Virus record (IMG/VR): IMGVR_UViG_3300024258_000017 | Length of the DNA stretch: 64,000 nt | Strand: one strand, 5' to 3' | Source of the DNA: an uncultured virus (IMG/VR IMGVR_UViG_3300024258_000017) | Lineage: Duplodnaviria; Heunggongvirae; Uroviricota; Caudoviricetes | Program-made: the position numbers and the translations under genes | Shown here: positions 9,014 through 17,867 of the stretch, in pieces | How positions within the stretch are numbered: position 1 is the first letter of the stretch | Layout of the letters: every line of letters begins with the position of its first letter | The notes under the pieces: generated by a model | What the model was told of the DNA's origin: nothing | The model's input: the letters and a program-made list of their open reading frames with translations, nothing else | The model's database searches: none

Positions 9014-9252
9014 TGAAAAAGTTTACAGAGGTTTTTACATTCCATTCTCCGAACTATTTAAAGTTGGACGATAAAGTCAAGGGGAAGGTTTTACAGGCAA
9101 TGATTGTTTTTGTTTCAAAAGAACTTGACAGATTAAACTCTGGAAACAATATGATTATAGTTAGTGCTGACGACAAGGTTGACTCAGCAATAAAGATGCC
9201 TGACTTTGATAGTACCTCTCCGGTTTCTATCTCAGTAGAAGAAGATGAATAA
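9013..9252 (+). CDS. hypothetical protein
   Basis: ATG after AAGGA RBS. Confidence 0.55.
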   Translation: MKKFTEVFTFHSPNYLKLDDKVKGKVLQAMIVFVSKELDRLNSGNNMIIVSADDKVDSAIKMPDFDSTSPVSISVEEDE

Positions 9253-9595
9253 TATTTTAGGGGATTATATGGATTTAAGAAAAAAATACTCATTAGAATT
9301 ACATGAATCAATGGAGATTGAAAGCGGTGCATATTGTAAGTGTGAGTGTGGTTACAAGGGATATGTCTATGGAACGCCTCATGGTGGGGTGTCTGGTGCC
9401 AAGGCTGGTATATCGGCTCCATGGTGTCCAAATTGTAAGCGCAATAATAAACTTGAAGAGGTTACAGTGTTTTACACTGAAGAGTCGGCAACGCCTTCTC
9501 TTGGTAAAAAAAGATGGAAGAGGGTTGTGGTTGCTTATTTTTCAGGAATGTTTATAGCATTATGCTATTTTGTATATTTGTTAATTACGAATTAA
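9245..9595 (+). CDS. Zn-ribbon protein with C-terminal TM helix
   Basis: CECG...CPNC and hydrophobic C-terminus. Confidence 0.55.
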   Translation: MNNILGDYMDLRKKYSLELHESMEIESGAYCKCECGYKGYVYGTPHGGVSGAKAGISAPWCPNCKRNNKLEEVTVFYTEESATPSLGKKRWKRVVVAYFSGMFIALCYFVYLLITN

Positions 9596-9615
9596 AGATG
9601 GGGAGTTAAATAGAG

Positions 9616-10476
9616 ATGGCAAACACCATAAGAAATTACAGGAACATAGTTAATCTTAATTTTGAAAAAAGGGGAGATAGTTTCACATTAAACGTGCCTC
9701 ATAAAAATAAATGGTTAGCAATTATTAGGTTTCTAAAAAGAAGAGGTTTTAAGGTTACTGAAAATGCTTACTATAAAAAACAATATGAGTGTTTAAGTCC
9801 TTATCATAAGATTGGCTATAAAAAAGATATTGTAATGTTAATGGAGATTAACTGTGGCAGGATAGACGTGGAGTTTGGGAATATACAAAACTTGTGGAAA
9901 GACAAGCCTCAGAATTTTTGGAATGATCCGAGCGATGACAGACATACCAAACTAACCTATTTGGAAGGCTTGGCTGTTAAGTTAGAAATAAAAAAACTAA
10001 TGCAGTTTTGTGATAAATACAATCACGAGTTTGTACCAGAAGACTCTTCTTTTAATCCTGAAGAATATATTATAAACAAACTAAATATCAATAGTCATAT
10101 ACATGGGAAAGTCACTTGTTTAAATGACATTAAAAAAAGTATAGCAGAGGATAGTTATGATTACACACATAACTCCACTGATGCAAATGGTAAGAAAATT
10201 ATATGTGGAGAAAATAAATATTTCTATGATTATTTTACCAGAAGGCTTTCTGTTGGAGTTGCTTGGCACAACATAAACAATATGTGGTGGGTAATCGTGA
10301 ATAATCGAAAATACAACATTGCATGTTTCAATTTATTCGATTTTGACCCTGCCATTCCAAAAAGAAAACCCGCAAGCAAGGGTAGAATGAATCGTATTTT
10401 GAGAAGCTATGAGAAAAAACAAGACTACCTAAGATGCCATGATGTAAAACGGGCTATTGATAGAATTGCTGTATAA
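9616..10476 (+). CDS. hypothetical phage protein
   Basis: 286-aa ORF with GGAG RBS. Confidence 0.7.
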   Translation: MANTIRNYRNIVNLNFEKRGDSFTLNVPHKNKWLAIIRFLKRRGFKVTENAYYKKQYECLSPYHKIGYKKDIVMLMEINCGRIDVEFGNIQNLWKDKPQNFWNDPSDDRHTKLTYLEGLAVKLEIKKLMQFCDKYNHEFVPEDSSFNPEEYIINKLNINSHIHGKVTCLNDIKKSIAEDSYDYTHNSTDANGKKIICGENKYFYDYFTRRLSVGVAWHNINNMWWVIVNNRKYNIACFNLFDFDPAIPKRKPASKGRMNRILRSYEKKQDYLRCHDVKRAIDRIAV

Positions 10477-10495
10477 ATAATTAACAAGGAGACAC

Positions 10496-10831
10496 ATGGA
10501 AATTGAAAGAATGAACAAAGGGGAGTGGGGTAAAATCCGTGCTTTCTTTGACTTAAAAACTGAAGAGGGCTTTATACTCAAGGGTTTCAAGCTGATAAAT
10601 GGTAGTAACGGTCTATTCGTAGGGTTTCCCAGCCAGAAAGGACAGGATGATCAATATTATGACACCATCTGGGCGGACAAAGAACTGAAAGAGATTGTTA
10701 ATCAGGTTGCACTCAAATATTATGGTGTGGATGTTAATCAGCAGAGTGGTGGTTATGAAAATAATTCACCGCCCGTAAACGATGCTCCGCCAGTAGATGA
10801 TACTCAATTCGATGACGATATACCGTTTTAA
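10496..10831 (+). CDS. spoVG: SpoVG-family nucleic-acid-binding protein with SSB-like acidic tail
   Basis: KIRAFFD...IKGFKLI.G.NGLFVGFPS.K...YYD pattern; ends DDDIPF. Confidence 0.85.
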   Translation: MEIERMNKGEWGKIRAFFDLKTEEGFILKGFKLINGSNGLFVGFPSQKGQDDQYYDTIWADKELKEIVNQVALKYYGVDVNQQSGGYENNSPPVNDAPPVDDTQFDDDIPF

Positions 10832-11104
10832 ATGCCCAAAGAAAACAAAATATTTAAAATAGATAATCGCACACCACAAGAAATGGCTGATTGGCGGATT
10901 AAAAGTTCTATGCCAGTATTAGGGTCGCTTCTTGTCGTCGAGGATATGATTAAGACAATAAAATCTGTTGATTGTCATACTAATGACAAGTCGCTTGTTT
11001 ATTGGAAAGAGGTATATCGATTATTATGGATTCATTATGATCAGGACAAACCAAAACATGATAATGATTTCCATGGTCTTTCAGAACTTTTGGAGAAAAA
11101 ATAA
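10832..11104 (+). CDS. hypothetical protein
   Basis: ORF in operon. Confidence 0.55.
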   Translation: MPKENKIFKIDNRTPQEMADWRIKSSMPVLGSLLVVEDMIKTIKSVDCHTNDKSLVYWKEVYRLLWIHYDQDKPKHDNDFHGLSELLEKK

Positions 11105-11898
11105 TGGTTGATAAAACAACAATCCCGTGGGCTGATTATACTTGGAACCCATGGCAGGGGTGTAAGAAAATTTCCCCGGGCTGTAAGTATTGCTATATGT
11201 ATAGAGACATGGATCGGTATAAACTTGATGGTAATATTATTCGTCGATCTGCAGATGCTACTTTTAACAAGCCTCTGAAAATGGATAAATATAAAACGGT
11301 GTTTACCTGCAGTTGGTCCGACTTCTTTTTAGAACAAGCTGATGCAATGAGAGATGATGCATGGGAGATTATTCGAAAGACTCCACATTTGGTTTACTTA
11401 ATTCTAACAAAACGCCCAGAGAACATAAATGCTCGATTGCCAAAATTCTGGAAAGAGTTGAACAATGTATATTTGGGTGTTTCCATTGAAAACTCTGATC
11501 AACTACCAAGATGGGAAAGCCTGACCAGATCGGTTGGTACCGAGAAAACATTTATATCTTTTGAGCCTCTTCTTGGTCCGATTACCCTCAAAGATCGCTT
11601 TACCCTCAAGAATCTACCATCTTGGGTGATAATTGGCGGTGAGAGTGGTAATGATCACGGGAAACATGTCTTTAGACCCTGCCAGACAGCTTGGATACTT
11701 CCCGTCATGTCGTACTTCCAATTCTTTAATGTACCGGTGTTTATCAAGCAAATGGGTAGTGAAATAGCCAAATTACAACATTATAATGACAGAAAGGGTG
11801 AAAATCCGTCAGAGTGGCACGAGGCTTACCGTAAAAGAGAGTTCCCAGAGTTTGATTATAAAGATTCTAACGGAACTCAAAGTGATTTATTTGGATAG
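11104..11898 (+). CDS. phage Gp37/Gp68 (DUF5131) radical-SAM-like protein
   Basis: TWNPWQGCKKISPGCKYCY, LTKRPE, SFEPLLG, WVIIGGESG, FIKQMG. Confidence 0.9.
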   Translation: MVDKTTIPWADYTWNPWQGCKKISPGCKYCYMYRDMDRYKLDGNIIRRSADATFNKPLKMDKYKTVFTCSWSDFFLEQADAMRDDAWEIIRKTPHLVYLILTKRPENINARLPKFWKELNNVYLGVSIENSDQLPRWESLTRSVGTEKTFISFEPLLGPITLKDRFTLKNLPSWVIIGGESGNDHGKHVFRPCQTAWILPVMSYFQFFNVPVFIKQMGSEIAKLQHYNDRKGENPSEWHEAYRKREFPEFDYKDSNGTQSDLFG

Positions 11899-11903
11899 AT
11901 TTT

Positions 11904-12047
11904 GCAGGAGTGTTTATCTCTCAGATAAACAAGTGTGTCTTCTGCGTCAAGGGGTGGATTTTAATCTCCTGAGTTTCTCCACCCTTTGATTTTTTTTAGG
12001 GCAGAGGGGTGAGGTATCCTTTCCTTGCATGTCGCCTCACCCGCCCT
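11904..12047 (+). ncRNA. cluster of three intergenic hairpins; the middle one is terminator-like
   Basis: Stems 11904-11945, 11947-11989 (followed by a T run) and 11998-12047; G-U pairs on + strand. Confidence 0.55.
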
Positions 12048-12072
12048 TTCAACTTTAAAATAGGAATACAAT

Positions 12073-12285
12073 ATGAAAGTTAAAATAGGCGACAAGATAT
12101 ATGATGGTGCTGTGGAGCCAATCATGATTATTCTTTCTAAGGAAGATAAAAAACAAATTACTGAAATGCATCCAGACGCTACTAAATATTGTCAGTACCC
12201 TGATAAAAAAATGTGGCGAAGTGAGAACTATGCAAATATAAAAGATTGGATGAAAACACCAACGGAGTCAAACGATGGAAAATAA
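12073..12285 (+). CDS. hypothetical phage protein
   Basis: AGGA RBS; ORF in operon. Confidence 0.65.
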   Translation: MKVKIGDKIYDGAVEPIMIILSKEDKKQITEMHPDATKYCQYPDKKMWRSENYANIKDWMKTPTESNDGK

Positions 12286-12490
12286 TATTGATAATATGTC
12301 AGAGGCTTTAGGAAGGGCTGGCAGGGCTGGGGTCAGTTGTGCCGACGCAATGAGACAACTGGGGCGACTTGCCAGTGTTAGTCTTATAAGTTTTATAAAA
12401 AAGAGGGGGGTGCGGAGATTACGACCTGTTGATGGAATGCATTGGAACTATCAGACTCAAAAATATCTGAGTGGATTTAAAAATGGGTAA
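12275..12490 (+). CDS. hypothetical protein
   Basis: GGAG RBS; overlaps neighbours. Confidence 0.5.
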   Translation: MENNIDNMSEALGRAGRAGVSCADAMRQLGRLASVSLISFIKKRGVRRLRPVDGMHWNYQTQKYLSGFKNG

Positions 12491-12884
12491 ACAGTTAAAA
12501 CCAAAAGTGGTTGTAATGTGTGGGTCTTCCAAGTTCTGTGATGTTATGGCTGTGTGTGCTTGGCTAATCGAAAAGGAAGAGCAAGCGATCACCATGGGAT
12601 TACATTTATTACCACAATGGTATGCAAAAGACCTGCCTGACGATCATCTTGCCGAATATGAAGGCGTTGCAGATCAAATGGATCGGTTACACCTTCGAAA
12701 AATAGATATGGCAGATGAAGTATTTATAGTCAACTGTAAAGATTATATTGGAGATAGTACAAAACTTGAACTTTCGTATGCCCTTGAACTCGGGCTAAAG
12801 ATTAGATGGTTTACCTCTGATGAAATTGGGGAGAAAGTATTAGACATCATTAGGAAGAAGATTCAATCGGAGGATACAGAATGA
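12483..12884 (+). CDS. nucleoside 2-deoxyribosyltransferase-like (DUF4406-like) protein
   Basis: CGSSKF...HLRKIDMADEVFIVN..YIGDSTKLELSYA. Confidence 0.65.
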   Translation: MGKQLKPKVVVMCGSSKFCDVMAVCAWLIEKEEQAITMGLHLLPQWYAKDLPDDHLAEYEGVADQMDRLHLRKIDMADEVFIVNCKDYIGDSTKLELSYALELGLKIRWFTSDEIGEKVLDIIRKKIQSEDTE

Positions 12885-13264
12885 AACCTGATTTGGATAA
12901 AAAAACCAGAGAAGAATTAGCATTGAAAAAAATGACCAAAGATATGAGATCGTTACTACCGGCATTGGAGGCAGTGATGAAAGAGAATTATACTGAAGGG
13001 AAAAAAGTGAGTGGTCGCACCTTATCCGAAGCCCTAAATATTAAACGTCCGGCATTAAGAACCATGATTAACTATCTCCGCATGATCCATGTACCAATTG
13101 CGTCTGATCCATCTGGTGGATATTGGTATGAACGAAACAATGCCAAGCTAATAAAAAATGCAAAGGCACTGCAACATCGTGTGGCAATGCAGATGAACGC
13201 CATAACTGGTATGATCGATGGCGCAAATGATAGGAATCTGGATGAAGGGATGTTTGTTGCGTAG
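12881..13264 (+). CDS. winged-HTH DNA-binding protein
   Basis: SGRTLSEALNIKRPALRTMINYLR...PIAS...GGYW. Confidence 0.7.
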   Translation: MKPDLDKKTREELALKKMTKDMRSLLPALEAVMKENYTEGKKVSGRTLSEALNIKRPALRTMINYLRMIHVPIASDPSGGYWYERNNAKLIKNAKALQHRVAMQMNAITGMIDGANDRNLDEGMFVA

Positions 13265-13634
13265 TTTCAAGACATGGATGGACCTACTCGGACCAGAGGA
13301 TCACCACCAGTTACAAATAATGAATTATATACAATTACAGTATAAAACGGTTGCCACCGCTTGGCACACCCCAAACGAAGGGAAGAGGTCTAAGTTTGAA
13401 CGGTGGAAATCAAAATTATTAGGACTTCGCCCCGGTGTTTCGGATGTATGTATAATTTGCAACGGTCGTTTCTTTGCGCTCGAATTAAAAGCGGGTAAAA
13501 ACTCTCTCACAACCGATCAAGCATTATTCCTTGAGGAAGTGAAGGCGAGAAAATGCGAGGGCGCTGTATCTTGGACCTTTGATGACAGTAAAAATATAAT
13601 CGATAATTTTATAAAAGAGGCAATGAATGGATAA
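13218..13634 (+). CDS. VRR-NUC domain nuclease
   Basis: HTPNEG, GLRPGVSD, ALELK, TTDQ; true start probably downstream. Confidence 0.85.
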   Translation: MAQMIGIWMKGCLLRSFKTWMDLLGPEDHHQLQIMNYIQLQYKTVATAWHTPNEGKRSKFERWKSKLLGLRPGVSDVCIICNGRFFALELKAGKNSLTTDQALFLEEVKARKCEGAVSWTFDDSKNIIDNFIKEAMNG

Positions 13635-13854
13635 CCCGATTGAACTAAAAATACCATATCATACAGTTATGATAAGAACAGAATCAACTAACTCGAAGAG
13701 ACTCGAATCACAAGAACAATATGCAATGAGAAAAGCAATAGGACACATTGGCATCTATTGTCTGATTAAAAAAGCGCCGTGGTATATTAGGTTTCTCTAT
13801 CACACACAATTATTTTTTGAAATTATTAAAAACAAGTTTGAAGCGCTGGGGTAG
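13627..13854 (+). CDS. hypothetical protein
   Basis: GAGG RBS; ORF in operon. Confidence 0.55.
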   Translation: MDNPIELKIPYHTVMIRTESTNSKRLESQEQYAMRKAIGHIGIYCLIKKAPWYIRFLYHTQLFFEIIKNKFEALG

Positions 13855-13859
13855 CGTGT

Positions 13860-13951
13860 GTGGGTGAGACATCATGTCTCTTGGCATAATTTACTACTTT
13901 GGATTTTGCGACGAGAAGTAGCGGAATTGATCAAGAGGGTGTCCACCCACA
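13860..13951 (+). ncRNA. long interrupted intergenic hairpin
   Basis: GTGGGTG/CACCCAC, GACATC/GGTGTC, CTCTTGG/TCAAGAG, CTACTT/AAGTAG nested. Confidence 0.55.
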
Positions 13952-14011
13952 TTCTATTACAAACAAACTTACAAATAACCCCCCTTATTTATAAATAGGT
14001 GAGGACAAATA

Positions 14012-14530
14012 TTGATTCTAAACGATTACAATAATTCGAATTGCACCGAGGCAGAAATGCAGGAACAGGTGTTGAAATACCTAAGACAAGAACATTTTTT
14101 TGTTTCGAGGCTCGATAACGATGGTTATAATTATCCGGTAGAGACAAAACACCATGTTTTCGAAGAGTTTCCCGTATCAGAAGTCCACCGTCGTAGCGAC
14201 ATTGTGCTTTGGATTTCCAATAGAAAAATAATCAATATTGAATGCAAATTAAAGAACATACATCAAGCCTTAGATCAGGCAAAGGATCATCTGTGGTGGG
14301 CTGATTATTCAATGATTTGTATGCCACATGATGCCTTTATTCCTCATAATCAACGACGTATAATATTTGAAGAGGGTTTGGGTCTTATGTTATGGATGAA
14401 AGACAAGGGGCTATGTGAGGCAATTGCTCCAATTAAAAGTAAAAAGAAAAACCCGAGGCATCGAAAGCAGATTGTGGGTAGGCTTAAAGCCATGGTTCAT
14501 GAACAGAGCCATGTACAATTAGAATTATAA
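14012..14530 (+). CDS. PD-(D/E)XK nuclease-fold protein (MmcB-like)
   Basis: RSDIV...IECK...ALDQA...ADYS. Confidence 0.7.
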   Translation: MILNDYNNSNCTEAEMQEQVLKYLRQEHFFVSRLDNDGYNYPVETKHHVFEEFPVSEVHRRSDIVLWISNRKIINIECKLKNIHQALDQAKDHLWWADYSMICMPHDAFIPHNQRRIIFEEGLGLMLWMKDKGLCEAIAPIKSKKKNPRHRKQIVGRLKAMVHEQSHVQLEL

Positions 14531-14537
14531 ATGAAAT

Positions 14538-14654
14538 TGCACAGGGAAACAATCAATTGTTAATTGATCGTTAAGTAAATGCTCTCGATGGTTTTTTAGG
14601 ATTGAGCCTTGGTCAGATAAATGAGGCTGGACTAAATCAATCCTCCCCTGTGCA
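14538..14654 (+). ncRNA. multibranch intergenic structure
   Basis: TGCACAGGG/CCCTGTGCA closes ATCAATT/AATTGAT and AGGATTGA/TCAATCCT stems. Confidence 0.55.
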
Positions 14655-14676
14655 TATAATTATAGAATAATATTTT

Positions 14677-14919
14677 ATGAAAAGATTTGTTGAGTGGATT
14701 ACCGTAAAGTTTTGGGATATAGTTGTTAGTGTTTGTACAGAAACAACTAAAGATGTTTCACATGAAACAATTGAATCTAAACCTGAAAAGACAGAAGAGA
14801 ATATTGACCTGACGGTTCGATCTGAATTAGTAAAGGTTTGGATTGTAAACGGTAAAACATTTTTAAGTAAGAATGAAATGAACAGATATATAAAGGGAAT
14901 AAAAAATGAGTGGTGGTAG
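14677..14919 (+). CDS. hypothetical protein
   Basis: ORF in operon. Confidence 0.55.
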   Translation: MKRFVEWITVKFWDIVVSVCTETTKDVSHETIESKPEKTEENIDLTVRSELVKVWIVNGKTFLSKNEMNRYIKGIKNEWW

Positions 14920-15059
14920 TGTAAAGAAACAAAAACGGATGCTCACAAAAATTCTAAAGAAGGACGCAAAGACGTACTGGAATAGTCTTATTTCTCAATC
15001 TTGGAAAGATCGCCTCTGGTTGGCTTGGCAGTTAATCTGTGGTCGTGAATTATAATAAT

Positions 15060-15125
15060 AAATTTGTTTGATTTTATGCATATATGATCATAATATATCA
15101 TATTGAGCGTATATGTATATATTGC
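15060..15125 (+). promoter_or_regulatory. putative sigma70-type promoter overlapped by an inverted repeat
   Basis: TTGATT-17 nt-TAATAT; ATATGAT-N8-ATCATAT; upstream of the HTH gene that heads the recombination/replication genes. Confidence 0.4.
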
Positions 15126-15156
15126 ATTTATAAACTATTAACAGGAAGATAAAATA

Positions 15157-15354
15157 ATGGCAGAGACTAATAACGACAGGTTACTTACCGTGTCTCAGGT
15201 TGCTGAGAAACTAAATATGTCCAAGGCAACTGTTTACTCCAAAACAAAAATGGGGGAAATCCCTTCGGTGAAGTTTGGTGAGACGATAAGGGTAAAAGAA
15301 TCAGATTTAGAAAATTATATCGATTCAAATATTCATAAACCTAAAGAGGGCTAA
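15157..15354 (+). CDS. excisionase-family HTH DNA-binding protein
   Basis: LLTVSQVAEKLNMSKATVY...GEIPSVKFGETIRV. Confidence 0.85.
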   Translation: MAETNNDRLLTVSQVAEKLNMSKATVYSKTKMGEIPSVKFGETIRVKESDLENYIDSNIHKPKEG

Positions 15355-15355
15355 T

Positions 15356-15589
15356 ATGTTTTCACCGGTTAAAGTAATTCAAAGGGTCGGCAAGGCTGTA
15401 AGCGATTATGGCACTCTTGCAAAAACAATTGTCCGGCACGATGATCAATCTTATACTTGTAATAATTATAAAGTCGATCTCAAAGAGGGTACATGTGAAT
15501 GTCACTCTTACGAATTTAGCGGGGAAGACTCTCCTTGCAAACATATCTTTGTATGTTTCCTGCATTCTTATTTCTCCAAAAAGGCGTAG
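15356..15589 (+). CDS. SWIM zinc-finger protein
   Basis: CECH...PCKH (CxC...CxH). Confidence 0.75.
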   Translation: MFSPVKVIQRVGKAVSDYGTLAKTIVRHDDQSYTCNNYKVDLKEGTCECHSYEFSGEDSPCKHIFVCFLHSYFSKKA

Positions 15590-15632
15590 GTAGAAATATA
15601 TGATCTTCTCCGCTAATTCATTATTAAACCCA

Positions 15633-15701
15633 AGCGGGGGTATTCCGCACCGATACAGCTACCCTTACTCGAATTCAAGCTGTATGTCTTGTACCCCCGC
15701 T
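15633..15701 (+). ncRNA. intergenic two-stem hairpin
   Basis: AGCGGGGGTA/TACCCCCGCT (10 bp) enclosing ATACAGCT/AGCTGTAT (8 bp). Confidence 0.6.
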
Positions 15702-16705
15702 CCCCCTCAGTGTTAGCAGACATACTCCATAAAATCGCTGGTGACAGCCACAATAAGGTGATGAAGCCTTTTAGCCCGAAACCATCTAATTCTGGTCCGG
15801 GTCGGTGTGTCAGGCAAATGGTTTTTCACTCAATGGGTATAGAGCCAGATTCTTTCTTTCCAGATAGATTGTGGATGATTATGGATGATGGCAATTATCA
15901 CGAAGGATATACTGCAGGATGGATAGAAGAGTCTGGGTACCGATTAAAGGACGTACAAAAGAAGTTAAAACTCGGGTTTCCATTTAACAATGGGTATATT
16001 GATGGAATAGTTGTAGATATAATGGATATTGAAACAACTTACGACCATAAGGACAAAGGTACTCACATGGTTGACAAGTTTTATTCTGGGTCTGATTTGC
16101 CACTGGATGACTTTACTCAGCTTGCTATTTATAGTAGGCATTTACAAATAAATGATATGGTGAACTCAGATCAATGTTTGCTGTTAATTAGAAACAGGGA
16201 TACCGCACAATATATTGAATATTTTTGCAGGTATTTAGTGGATGAAGATTGCATGGTTATTGTCAGCCTAACCCACTCTAACGGAGATTTTAAGGAACTT
16301 GATATTCCCCTAAAAAATATTTATGCAAACGCTATAGAAAAATTTAATTTTGTGAAGGAAATGAGTGAAAAAAAGAAACTTCCTCACAGACAATATTATA
16401 AAGACTCTTGGCGCTGTAATTATTGTGATTGGAAAATAAGATGTTGGGAGGGCTATGACGACGAAAAACCGGAAAGGGCTATTACAGACCTTCCAGAAGA
16501 ATTCGAGGAAACGATTGATAAGTATATTAAGTGGGATAGAATTAAAGCAATTGGGTCGAAGTCTTTTGATGACATTAAAAATTATATGAGGGCAAGAAAT
16601 ATACTACATGCAAGGATGGGGAATATACTCATTAAGAGAAAAATATCTACGTCGGTCGCAGGAAAGAAAACTGAAAAATATTCACATGAGGTAATTGATG
16701 TTTAA
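15689..16705 (+). CDS. Cas4-like PD-(D/E)XK exonuclease with Fe-S cysteines
   Basis: CVRQ, GYIDG, QLAIY, CNYCDWKIRC; start may be GTG 15710. Confidence 0.8.
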   Translation: MYPRSPSVLADILHKIAGDSHNKVMKPFSPKPSNSGPGRCVRQMVFHSMGIEPDSFFPDRLWMIMDDGNYHEGYTAGWIEESGYRLKDVQKKLKLGFPFNNGYIDGIVVDIMDIETTYDHKDKGTHMVDKFYSGSDLPLDDFTQLAIYSRHLQINDMVNSDQCLLLIRNRDTAQYIEYFCRYLVDEDCMVIVSLTHSNGDFKELDIPLKNIYANAIEKFNFVKEMSEKKKLPHRQYYKDSWRCNYCDWKIRCWEGYDDEKPERAITDLPEEFEETIDKYIKWDRIKAIGSKSFDDIKNYMRARNILHARMGNILIKRKISTSVAGKKTEKYSHEVIDV

Positions 16706-17867
16706 TGGCGGTTTCAAACCAACAACAACTGTTAAGGGTCTTGATAAATCTACTGGCAGATTCCCAAGGCTTGGGAAAATAAAACTTGGAATAAAAGCTA
16801 AAACTAAAAAGGGCAAAGAATATCCAAAAGAGGTCAATTACTTTGTATGCCCAGATAATGTTATTCAGGTGATAGGAGAGGATGAACCAAAAGAATTAGA
16901 TATTATGGTGCCATCTGATGATCTATCAAAAATACTACCAGTTGCATATAAAATGTATGGTTCTGGATACGGAGTGAAATGTATTGGTGATGGGGAAACA
17001 GGTGTAGAAAAAACTGATGGTGGTTTTGATCAGACCCGTGCTTGTACCTGTGAAAATTACGAACAGGGGAAATGTAAGTTGGTGGCACATTTCTTATTTC
17101 TAATTCCAAAGGTTTCCCTCGGTGGTGTTTTCCAAATTGACACCTCTTCTATAAATAGTATTATAGATATACGGTCTGGTCTTGAATTCACGGCAGAAAT
17201 GGTTGAAAAAATTACCGGTAAAAAAAGATTCAGCATGATTCCTTTGAAGTTAGTAAGAAACCCCAAAGAAACCCATGGATCAGGTATGCCGGAAATGCAT
17301 TATACTATGTCTGTACAACCAGCATTCGACCTAACGCAACTTGCGGGTTTTTTGGGTTCGCCTGTGAACATGTTGGGCATAGAAATGCCCACCCCTCAAC
17401 TTATACCTGAGAACACTGTGTCATATAGCGACATGGAAGACGACAAGAACGATGATGAGAGCGTGGTGAAAAAGGAAGATATAATTGATGCGGAGCCAGT
17501 GGAAGATCAAAAGACGGTTGAAAATAAAAATAATTCTGGATTAAACCAAAAACACATTAAATATAAACCAGAATATATAAAAGCATTCCTTGATCAAGAC
17601 TTGGGAATGCTGAGAAAAAAGGAACCAAAGAGGCTAAAGGATTATTTTAAAAACGGCATTAAAATATTAGACAGAACCCAGATTGTTAATTTTCAAAAGG
17701 CGGTTGAAAATCAGTTTCCTGATGGGTTTGATAATGTTACAGATGAACAGTTAAGTATAATCGGTGTAGCGAATGTGTTTAATTTTTGCGTGATATTGAA
17801 AACCTTTTTAAAGACTCAAGAGGAATTGGTGCAAGAAGATCAGGATGGGGCAACGGGGGAAAAATGA
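16695..17867 (+). CDS. phage recombination protein (Gp3-like / recombination-directionality-factor-like family)
   Basis: PRLGKIKLG...YPKEVNYF, C.GDG, GVFQIDTSSINS. Confidence 0.65.
   Translation: MMFNGGFKPTTTVKGLDKSTGRFPRLGKIKLGIKAKTKKGKEYPKEVNYFVCPDNVIQVIGEDEPKELDIMVPSDDLSKILPVAYKMYGSGYGVKCIGDGETGVEKTDGGFDQTRACTCENYEQGKCKLVAHFLFLIPKVSLGGVFQIDTSSINSIIDIRSGLEFTAEMVEKITGKKRFSMIPLKLVRNPKETHGSGMPEMHYTMSVQPAFDLTQLAGFLGSPVNMLGIEMPTPQLIPENTVSYSDMEDDKNDDESVVKKEDIIDAEPVEDQKTVENKNNSGLNQKHIKYKPEYIKAFLDQDLGMLRKKEPKRLKDYFKNGIKILDRTQIVNFQKAVENQFPDGFDNVTDEQLSIIGVANVFNFCVILKTFLKTQEELVQEDQDGATGEK

Noticed and set aside
9600..10490. Second attC-like cassette (GTTAAATA ... TAATTAAC flanking 9616-10476)
   Set aside because: Only a weak short inverted match and no extended hairpin
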